A stretch of 64,000 nt of DNA, taken from Ophelia neglecta. Its lineage: Eukaryota. The translations under genes and the position numbers were made by a program. Shown here piece after piece: positions 15,701-27,700 of the stretch (within the stretch, counting starts at the first letter, position 1; the number at the start of each line of letters is the position of its first letter). The notes beneath the pieces were generated by a model, which saw only the letters and a list, made by a program, of their open reading frames with translations, ran no database searches and was not told the DNA's origin. The DNA is taken from NCBI GenBank assembly GCA_965285935.1, contig OZ260662.1, positions 18,848,001-18,912,000 of the forward strand, given 5' to 3'.

Positions 15701-18700
15701 AATCAAAATATTTGGAATTTTATATATCTGTACGCACAGTGAATCCGCCAAGCATCAAGGGTAACAATTTGATACTTATATAGTGGTCATTTTTCAACCT
15801 GAAGAATTATTCTGTGATTATTGCCAAAAGCTGTCATGGAATCAGACCTTGTTTTCGCCGCTGATTCAAGTATATACTCCCTGATTTGGAAAAAAATAAA
15901 TGCAGTGGAACTCCGACAGACTGAGTAAAGAGCACGAATACTGCTTTAAAAGGTCCGAAATAATCGGAACGCTATATACATCCGACTTGTTAGAGTTTTT
16001 TTTATGAGACTAAGTTTTATTATTGACGCCAAAAAGGAGGTTTGCACAATGAATGCCCATATCCCGCTTAAATCGTGATCTTTGTCAAGTCTAGAAAATT
16101 GAAATAGCATATATTATGTAAATCTAATAAGTTTTGACGTGCAGCTAGGCCATGTGAAGATGACAGAGGCACGGACACCCCGGAAGTGACTCGGGACTAA
16201 TTTCCATTGCTAGTACAAAACGTCTGCGTTCATATTTTATCGCCTTGACCTTAACAAGCTGCTGTACAGGACTGGAATTGTGGCTAGATGTTTGAGGGCT
16301 GACGTTTCCTGTTTTCTCGGACTTTAGGTACTACTTGTGATTGTAGAATACACTTTGCGTAGCGTTACCCACTCGCAGATAGTATTCACACTAGAGGAAC
16401 CGGCAATGTCAAATCAGTAATCACAATTTATTGATTAAATCAGACCAAATTTACCAGGAAAGCTCACTTTTAGTTCACACAATAGCTAGAATTAAATTTG
16501 TATGAAATAAAAATCGATCGCGTGCAGCGCTCAAAATAGGCCTAAATAACGAGAACATTGCCTGTTCATTATGAGCTAGCCTTTAATTTCCTTAACGATC
16601 TCTTTCACGCGTACTGATATGACATCCCATCTCGCCTCACTCGCATGCTAGCTGGCCCCCGCAACACGTATTGGTGTCAATGCAATCCTTCCACTCCTCT
16701 CACATATGACTCTGTTCAGAAATGCCTGCATGAGCAGGTTCTGTTATTTGTAACTGATACCGTATGCCTTCAATTACAGCTGATATCAACGGATCCCAAT
16801 GGCACCTCACAGACAGTAGGACGGTTCAGGGTAGAAACAGGAGAACATGACAGAGAGGAGGTAGGAAGTACATTAACTTGTTAAACCCCATTATTTATGT
16901 ACCAGTGGGATGAAGCTCGACACCAAATTCAAGGTGGAAATGGAACATTATCCAAAGGATGTAAATCACTTCCTCTGAAGGGACGACATGGCTTTGATGG
17001 TGTCATAAAATTGCAATTTGCAAAAATAAAACCCAAGATAAAAAAGTAGGCCTGCGCTGTCCATGTGCGCACGGGTAGATGCATATTTGTCGGGGAAGTG
17101 ACCTAGCGGCTACCAATTGACCTCAGACGTACAACCAGACGAGGATGGAGATAAAGTACAGAATGTTCTAATTAAAGCAACTGATATACATTAAAATTGA
17201 CAGAGGGCGAAAGACACCACCGTGTAGGTAAACGGCATTAGCAAAATGTTGGAACATCTACAAGTCGGGAAGGCGGAATTGGGGGCGGGAGGGGTCAACG
17301 GTCAAATTTAAAAACAAACCGTGATACGGACATATTATTAGGACAGGGAGCTTATCGTTAGACATTGATCAGCAAACTTATTTTTTAATTCTACGCCGTA
17401 CTGACGAGCCAGGACTGACATGAGTTGTTATAAACAAACACTAGTTTTTGAAAGTTTAAAAATCGCAGCATAGAGCGTCCTGAAGGGCTTGCTGCTCAGA
17501 ATGTAGGTGCCAGTCGGGGATGATTTAATAATTCTAGTTCAGCCTGCTAGCACGGAGGTTACAGCACTGCATACCAATAGTCTGCACTTGAATGTGGGGC
17601 TAGACTACAGATTTGCAGCGGTTCCGTGTTCATGGCGAAACCTGTAGCTATCACACAAATGTGAAATTTACCTGAATGGAAAGCCCTCTAAAATGTTAAT
17701 CATCCCTGAAAGTTTTGTTTTGATTACTTCAACAAGCACTAAGTAAGGGCTTTTAAAACATCATTCCTATGTTAAATTCCCATATGAACAGCTGAAAGTA
17801 GCCCCACTTATCCCAGCCTTACCACTGCCTTTTAATTGCAATCAGCTTTTGGAGGTAAGAAAAGTGGTTGTTGGTCAGCAGTATGAAACATATCCGACTG
17901 GCCCTATTGTCACAGAAAAGCTAATCGACAAAATCAGTCATGTAGATCAACATTGAAGCTAAGGGAATGTATGTGACACGTGCATAACTGATGCAAATAC
18001 AATAAAACCATAAAAATGAATATCATTAAAAGCCCACGATCTTAATCATGGGACCAGATGTGTTTGTAAGACTAACGGCATTAAGCCTGTCAATAGCCTG
18101 TTACATTTACTTATTTATCGACGCAATAAACATTGTATGAAGTAGTTTAATGGCCGTTCTTTCACATACTTGACGCTACCATTGGGTTTTATGCGAACGC
18201 GATATGATCATGTCATCATTCTGTTGGCAGATAAATGATCTTCATGAAATCCAAGTAATGCGCTGCCAAACTCGTTTAATCATCATTTAATCCATAATGT
18301 TTGCAATCGCCCTAGGTATTGGTTAATCTAGTTATTTTCTGAGAAGAGTTTCATTAATTTTTGGCAGAAAGCATTCATTAAATGCCTTATTAACGGTGGC
18401 CCATACCACTGCTTAATTCCATTGCAGGTTTCCAGTCCAATGCACAGCCCTATTCATCTTGAAAACCCCGAATTTCAGACGAGATGGTATTTCAAATATT
18501 TCCTCGGTAAACGTAAGTAGAATCGACCCCTTATTTTTAGATTATGTAGTTTGTAACTCGCTGGTGGAAAGATGAAGATAGTCTGCACATCTACCTCATG
18601 GTAGATTAGGTAATTCATTTCCCGGAACGCTTTGAATATCCAGTTAAACGGAAATTAATATCCGATGTGTTGAAGTTGAAATTATTCTGTTGTTTTCAGT

Positions 18701-21700
18701 ACACCAGAATTACATTGGAGCCGATTCGGAGAAGGAACCATTTTTTCTGTCGGTTGTATTAACAGATGCCAATAACCACAACGTACCACAGTATCGGGCG
18801 ATATTGTGTCGAAAAACGGTGAGATTTAATACCTCGTGAATGAAGAACATCATTGGCCTCTGACTCAATAATCTGTGTTCCTTATTTTCACTCAGGTTGT
18901 GCTAAACCTAAAACAGATGCGATGCCATAAACGAAATGCACCTTTTTGCACCAACACATGAAAAGCCTCTTTATTGCTTAACTAATGAGATAACCTTTTT
19001 CTTGATGTTCGGATATGAAATCGGCCCTTTAACCTCGTATATGCCAGTATATTTCTCATATAACCTCGAGCATGCGGAGCGAGTTTTGACAGGTGTTTAG
19101 AAATAAAAAATTGCAATATAAGGCTTGAAGATTTGATGTCACCACTGATGGCGTTATCATCAAGTTAATTATTAGAATTATCAATTGTTTTTGATACCAA
19201 ATGACAATATGTGTTCTGTTCCTGTTGGCTGTTTTCTTTCATAAATCATTGGAATGCCACCGACTACCCCCCCCCCCCCCTCCCCAACCCCAGCTTCCAC
19301 CAATCTATTTCGATTTCTGATCAATGGCTCTTGTTCTTCAATGGATTATAGTTTTTATTTCCTTTCCAAATGATCATCAAATTGCATTTTTTAAATTTTT
19401 TAAATTTCACCTTTTGTCTTGCAGGGTAACCAAAAGATATATCTACCCTACAGCCCTAGTAAACCCATGACAGTTAAAGGCATATTAAGGTACTGATTAT
19501 ATCGTTTGATTTTGTACTGATAAATTATGCAAAACTAATTCTATTTCAAGTATTTAGTATGTCATTGCCCTATTGAATTGCTTAACGCGAAAAATATTAT
19601 TGTCAGGAAGTTCACATGCCAGGCAGTAGAAATCTGTGCTGGTTGGACACCACGAAAAGCAAAACGCTGTTCCGAGTGGACCTAGACGCCAAAGGGCGAT
19701 ACAACTCTCTGCTTAGTGGAAAGTAGACTTTAGAGGGCAATTCGTCTCTCTACTGAGAGAACAGTGGAACCAGAGGGCGTTACAACTCTCCGCCGAATGG
19801 ACATTAGAAACCAGAGGGCGTTATAACTCTCTGTGAGGATAGTAGACGCTAGAGGGCATTAAATATCACTTCTGAACGGATGATAGACGCCAGAGGGCGT
19901 TAAAACTCCCTGTCGACTGTACAGTGAATGCCAGAGAGCGTAGGAGCTCTCTGCTAAAGGGACAGTCGAAACTAGAGGGCGTTACAATGTCTTTGCTATG
20001 TGGACAGTAGACGCCAGAGGGCGTTACAGCTAACTGCTAAGTGGACAGTAGACGCCAGAGGACGTTACAGCTATCTGCTAAGTGGACAGTAGACGCAAGA
20101 GGGCGTTACAGCTATCTGCTAAGTGGACAGTAGACGCCAGAGGGGGTTACGGCTATCTGCTAAGTGGAGGTAAACGACAGAGGGCTATACAATCCTCTGC
20201 CGGGTGGACAGTAGACCCCAGAGATCGTTACAATGCTCTGCAGATTTGAGAGTAGACGTATATGACGTAGCATCAGAGCTCTGCGGAGCTGCTAGTAAAC
20301 GCCAGAGGTCGTTGTAACTAACTGCTGAATGGAAAATAGAAAACAGAGGGCGTAAACACTCTACTGAAAAGCCAGAGGACGCAACAACCCCTTCGGGGGG
20401 GAGCGTTACATCTCTTAGCAGCTTAGTGCATAGTACATGCAAGAAAACGTTACAGCTCTCCGCTGGGTGGACAGATGACGCCGCATTACAGCTCTCTGCT
20501 GGGAGGGCAGTAGACGCCACAGGACATTACAGCTCTCTGCTGGGTTGACAGTAGACGCCACAGGAAGTTACAAATATTTGCTGGGTTGGCAGAGGACGCC
20601 ACAGGACATTACAGCTCTCTGCTGGGAGGGCAGTAGACCCCACAGGACATTACAGCTCTCTGCAGGGAAGGCAGTAGACGCCACAGGAATTTACAACTCT
20701 GCTGGGTTGGCAGAGGATGCCACAGGACATTACAGCTCTCTGCTGGGAGGGCAGTAGACGCCACAGGATATTAACGCTCTCTGCTCGGTTGACATTAGGC
20801 GCCAGGGGCCATTACAGCTTTTTGCTGTGTGAAAACCAAATATAAGCTACAGTGATTTGTTCACAATTATCAATCCCTCTAATAATAAAAGAAAAATAAT
20901 TAGTATCCACTATTAACGAGTTAAATTAGTGATAGCCGCACGCATGTGCATGTGACGTATCATTTATTTACTTATTACATATATGCAAACTTAATCTTAC
21001 TGGAGCCATGCTGTTTAAAGTAATGTATATCATCTCTGCAGTCATTTTGACGTAAATAAAGTGGAGAAAGGACCAAAAGAGATATTCAACCCTGAAATCC
21101 AGAAAGAATTGCTTGTATTAGAAGAGCAAGAGGTAAGTTACCCATTGGAAAATATATAGAGATAAAATATGTTAAGCTAAACAATAAACACGTATAGCCA
21201 ATTCATCAGTGTGTGGCAAAATAAATGTAAAGCTATTTATCAATATACAATGTATTTGACTTTGATCATTATTGCCTGCTTATCATAGAGTAGTTTGATG
21301 AAAAATGTACATGCACTTCGGTGGGAAAAAGCCTCTTTATGTACAGATAATCTTACTTTTTATAGGGATCCGTGAATTTTAAGTTTGGTGTACTCTTTGC
21401 TAAAGAAGGCCAGGTCTCGGATGATGAAATGTATAGTAACGGTAGGGGCGGTTACTGAAACTTTTTATGCTGATTAGAAAAACCAATCATGTTAGTATAA
21501 ACCAGGACATCATGGCACGCGGGAAAACATGGCCATAATTGTGCGATAATCGAGAATTATAGAGAAAACTTGTGCACGATTTTTTTCGCTCACCATATAT
21601 TAATAAAACTGGTAGTTTTCTATCATGCGTGTTTGATCACAAAAATGTTATTGGTTCAGGGCATTGATTTTGACATCATTATAAGGATATTAGTGGAATT

Positions 21701-24700
21701 GGTTTGTTATGAAAGCAGTATCATTATATTGTTTTTTCATTTATTTGCAGAAACAGGAAGTGAAGAATTTGAAAAGTTCTATAGTTTACTAGGAGACGAA
21801 ATAAAACTGAAAGGTTGGGAAAAGTATAAGGGCGGACTGGACACTAAAAGTAAGCTTGTGTAATTTTCCCCTTCATTGTTGAAGAAAGTATAATTGAATA
21901 AATATTATAGTCGGAAAAAGTTAGATGGTTCACGTTTAAAAAGTCTGATATATATTATTACAGATTGTCGTGAAAAATGAAAATTATGTGCTATGTCCAC
22001 AGACCAAATTTGTTCTTACTTTTATTTACAAGTTGCTTGAACTTGTCATCATGATGCCAATCGTTTCGACGAATCGCGTCACGTTTATTATTATAAAGGA
22101 CGGCTGAAGTCATGTTTTTCTTGTTTGACTTAGTGAGAAAGCGTAACTAATTTGTCAAATAACGGGGCCCTCACTTGGTCGCAGTGTAATTATCAATTTC
22201 TAATTGCAGAGAATGAGAATTTGTAAATCTCGCCTTGCTGGTGGTCTTTTATTATCACCATTTTAATTATCAAGTTCTAATATATTTTCATTGACCTTTA
22301 ATCATTGACGGTGTGTTAGCTAATTCATTAATGGTATTAGCAGTCTTATTGTCAGCAAGTATATGTACAATCCCGAGTCAACTTGAACCTAGTATTTGAG
22401 TAAGGAAGAACGTATATTTCACTTCTTTAAATGTTAAATGCTGGCAGTTCATAACTAAGACATATTTCATCAGATTTGTACAAATATTATTGAAATTCAT
22501 TCTTTTGTTTTATTTTCGGATATCTTGGAAAATGAGGGGGGGGGGGGGTTATATCATACACATGTTGTTATTATTATCTTTTCTTCCTTTGTGCTAAAAA
22601 CACTTTTTTTCTAAACAAACTTCTTTCGTATCTACTCAATACAAATTAGGGACATATTAATCAGATCAGTGCTTGAAGTGTTAGGCATATAGTATTGTTT
22701 CATTATTGATATAGGAAAATCTTTCCAGCACACATATACTAATTTATCGTTAATAATGAATGGCGACCCAAGAACCCCCGCATGGACAAAACAGTTTAGA
22801 AGTTAGTTCTGTATGACAAAATAACAATGTTTTTGTAATTATTGATTTTTTTTATATATATTCATAAAGGTAGGCGTAGATTATGTTGGTCAGGAAGGTT
22901 CGTTTAATAATGGTTATCAGCCATGCCTGGGAATATATTTTTATGTTTAACTTCGTCAAATTAGAGATCAGCTACAACCAAACTAAATACTATTACCTAG
23001 TTTAAAAAGTACGTCTGTGCGCTCATCATACTTTTGCCAAGCGTTTTTCTTCTAAACACCGTCTGTGTAATTAAAGAAAAAGAGGTGTGCAATTATTTTA
23101 TCCAGTCCTACGTTTTACATTTTGGCTGAAATAAGACAAATATTAATATTCTTTCTGGCAGTTTAACTTGTTTTGCATTGTTTTCCAAACAAACATTGTG
23201 TTCCTTGCAAATCAAATTATCCGGGTCTTACTTTTTATGTCTCTTTGTTAGGCGACACAACTGGCACCAGGAGCATATACACAGTATACGAGGGCCACGA
23301 GGTGATGTTCCATGTGTCAACTCTCCTGCCCTACTCAAAGGACAACAGGCAACAGGTGTGAACACATTTAACAACACCACCTAATATCTCCATCAGTAAC
23401 CGCTTAGTTACACATATCGAAAGCTCTTTCTGTCATACTTAGTATGTGCTTGTCAGTAATATCAGTAATTTCAGTAATATTTTCTTTTCTTGATAATATT
23501 CGCAGGTTGAAAGGAAAAGGCATATCGGTAATGATATTGTCAATATTGTTTTCGTGGAATGTGACTCAGACAAAATGCCGACGTTCAAGCCTTCTATGAT
23601 GAAAACACATTTCACACGTATCCTTGCTTGTTCGAAGATAACTGATGGTACCCACTCCTTAGACCCTCATTACATTATACTATTATTATAACGCAAGTTT
23701 TGTTTTAAATATGCAACATGGACAGACAAATTAAAAACAAGTAATTGTGTTATTAAATTACATGATGATAATTGATCGGTTTCATAAGTGTATACATGTC
23801 ATTATTTTTGTAGCCGAACCAGTATTCAGTATGTGTCGCTCAGCTATCTTATACAGTTTGCTTAGATGTTATGCACATTTATTAGCACTGCTACACGAAC
23901 ACCATGATACTGATTAGGAAACAAGTGGGATTGGACGCCAAGCTCACAAACTCTTCATTTGTAGTTTTTAACATATTTTATTTCGAAAATATTGACAACA
24001 TAACGGTTCTTGTTGTTGTAGAGATTATTAATTGATTGCCCATGAACCGGTTTCTTGGGCAATCAATTAATAATCTCTACATATCTGCTCCACATACTTG
24101 TATTCACAGGTGCAAATATTGATGGAACCTGATATATTTTGCCGATTCATCACAATGAAAGGTTAAAATCAATTTCAATGTAATAAACACTTCTATGGGG
24201 AATCTGTCTGTTTGCTGGTGTCCTGTTACGTCGTAATGTTATTACATCTGTTACTGACGATGCTCCGTCGACTGGAGTTGAACACCCGAACATGAGTTCA
24301 GAAAACGGGAGTTTTTTTCCACTAGTATTGAGTACAGCTAGGGGACTTCGAGAAACGAATGATATCTAGACTGGAATATTAAATCATCTATAAATGAAAA
24401 CTGACGCTTATGAAAAAAAACATATAATTGGATTGCATTATCCTCAAGTTGTTTTCAAACGTTTCATGGTCGTGTTTCCATTGTAGTCATTTTTAAGGTT
24501 CTCATTCAGTTATACAATTGTAAACAAGTGTGTCTAGGTCACAGGTGTCTTTTCATTGCTAAATCATGTGGTTTCGGCCAAGAACTGGATAGACATGGAT
24601 TTCCTTAACGCACCTGGAAGATATTTACGCAGTGGTCACCTACAACAAGCAGAGTAAGAGTTACAGATTAAATGTGTTTTCCGAGGATTCAGTGCCACTT

Positions 24701-27700
24701 TTCGGCCCTCCCTTGCCTTGTCCTCCCTCCTTCACCGACTTCGCAGAATTTAGAGATTTCCTACTAGTCAAATGTAAGTTATTTGGTGTATTTTTCACAT
24801 ATGTTGAACAAAATAGGAAATCATATAAAGGGAATCGTTTGATGGCTGACAACTTGACCTTAACCTCTGCTTGAAGATCAGATTTTCAAGCCTATGTACG
24901 GCAAGATAGACATAAAAAAAAGCATAGAACACTAATAGGAAGTGAAATGTAGGGAATCTTTTGATAACGACAACCTTTTCCTTGACCTCTGCTTGAAGGT
25001 CTTATCATTTAATCTGAATTTTCAAATATGTTAAACATTAAGTCATATTCGGGGAAAGAGGAGCCCCCAAATAATGCAGCTAGAATGTAGTATATTCAGT
25101 AATATATGACGTAATATATGAAGTAATATATGTTAGTATATATCAGTAGTATGTGTAAGTAGTATAAGGAAGTAGTATTGACTGGATCACTTGGATCTAA
25201 AATGGAAGCCTACATGGAAGTATATGTTTGGCATTTTATAGAGCTTTCCAATTCGACCTTCGGGTCCATTTCAACAGCGCTGTCTTTGCTTAATAAGCTT
25301 GAATTTACACCTCCTCTATAATCTATAGGTATCTATATCAATTCATCTTATGAAGTTTTGGAATTGTGAGATGAATCAGCCATTTCCTATTGGCTGTTAA
25401 GCCATCAATTTGCATGGCATTCACAGATCGCTGGGTCCTTATGGTGCAGTTTGTGGGGCTTGTTAGGTTGCTAGTTTGAATATCTTGGGCTGCGCTGCCG
25501 AAAGCTCTTTAAGAGCAAACAGACTGGTGGTGTAATTGTTTAAATCTTGACATATTTTAGTTGCCATGGCAACAGAGCCTGTATTGTTTTGTGGATTAAG
25601 CAAAAACCCGATAACTTTTAATTTTACACAGTAGACACTTCACAGGCTTACTCTGTCTAGTGTTCATTCCTGCTAACCACAATCATATTTATTGCTTCAG
25701 TCCTTTGGCAACACAATATTTCTCTATCATTCTATTATAGTGATAAACGGCGAGAAAGCAGCTTTCAATGTGCCTGTTTTTGCTCAAAAGAGACAAAGAA
25801 CTCTAGAAATGCTCATAAAGAACCTATACCAGGAACACATGTCGGAAAACAGCAAGGTTGGTGGAAGATGTTTCATAACCTAGTTGGGCAAATGTTAATA
25901 TTCATGTTAATTTATACCTTGGAAATATCATACTGTTTAACAAATGCATTAAGTTGTATACAAACTCTTATATATCAAAATGATTAAACTGTTATGGATG
26001 TTATATTATTTTATTTTTTCCTTCATTTTGGCGTTTCAGAATAACATGCTAAATAGACGAGCCTTCAGTGACTTAATTCCAGAAAATGTTCACGGGTCCC
26101 GACGGAAAGAAGAGGCACGACAATTGGAATTTCTGAGAATAGGACAGGTACGCAGCAACTGTTTTTCGAGAAAATTCAGTTACTTCTTATGGAAGTATCA
26201 TTTATAATACGTAATCCATTATTTGGTGTATATGAGGTTTCATTGCATTCTGTATAGTTATGATACTGAATATCTGACCGTCCGTTAAACCTATTTTTTT
26301 CAGTCACTAAAACTGAAGACTATTTTACGCGGTGACGCCCCTACCAGCCTTATTACAAGTGGTGCTTTGTTCAAACATCAGGTGGGTAAAGCGGTTTTTG
26401 GGTGGTTTAATACTGAATCTTAATATTTGATTTAGTGAATGAATGTCTCCATCGAGTTAGAAATAACTGCTAATAACTGAAAAAATGATAATCACGGAAC
26501 GCCTCGATCACATTCCGAATAGTATCATCTATAAAGAAAAGGTGAAGCAGCCATGTATCGTGGAAAATGCAATACGTTCAGTAGTTCAATCACTGTTCCT
26601 GTCGAGGGTTATAGAATGACTGCCGTTGATGCACAATAAAACTAAATTATACGAAAATACCCGAGTAAGATATCATATGGAAAATAACGGATTGGTGATG
26701 CTGGTGTGTGCCGTACAAGCTCTGACAAATTGATTCAGGGTGTCAAGCTACGGTCACCGGTAATTCTGAGGTTAACCAGCTGTCTATCTGTGTGTGCCCT
26801 GGCCAATAGCTCAATCAATAGATATCACTCTCTGACAATATCTGGGCACGTACTTCAAACCAAAATAAAATTTTAAGTGATTAGCCTTCCCAATGGAGTT
26901 CTTTCTTTCAAACGACAAGTTAAATGTGAATACATCGCAGTTTTCATACATAATCCGTGTGGAGACGAACCTGTCCAAAAAAATATGTTACATAAGCCCT
27001 TGTTCGTTGCTTACCAATGCTTAGCTTACTTTGATCTGATAAAACAATCCAATTTCAAAGCTATTACCTCTTTAATGGAATTGTACCCCGCGCGAGTCAC
27101 TAGTTTGGAGTACTAAAGTAGGTGGCTCCACATTCACCACTGTTGAATTCATTGTCTTCCAGCCTTGGGAACCACAATGCTTCCTCCGAGACTTCATCCA
27201 CGAAATTATATGTGGAGACAGTTGGGGGGATAAACTAATTGTGGCCACTACCGTCGGCACATTCGTTTTAGAAGGTGAGAATAATGATATCATTATGCAG
27301 AAAAATAACCTCATAATTTTTGCCTTACTCAAAATTACGTTGTTCGTCTAAATAAATTGTCATGGTTACTAATAGAATTAATCCGTCCCCCGGCGGCCTT
27401 CGTTCTGGGTTAAGATAAGAACCGAGTTCCTAACGTATGATTATATAAGGTGTGATTATGGCTCTGTTGTTTTCCTGTGTTGATTTTCATTGCGAATTGA
27501 CTAGCGGTGGAACATATGCCAAATCTTAGTGTAAGTTGGTTAGGAGAGGGTAAAACAAAGTAAACAATTGTTGTTCTAATATTTCATAAAAGAGATACCA
27601 TTTCTCGTTTTTACTGGTAGTATAATGAGAAATTGGGCTTGTCGGCATAATAGTTGATAAATTGTTATCATTGGAACACAATATAACCTTAAGTTCTAAA

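Noticed and set aside
20185-20757. ORFs inside the 41-bp repeat
   Set aside because: By-products of the minisatellite within a GARNL3 intron.
24254-24284. Hammerhead ribozyme-like CTGACGA-stem-GAAC
   Set aside because: The GAAA core is broken and no convincing stems I and III are present.
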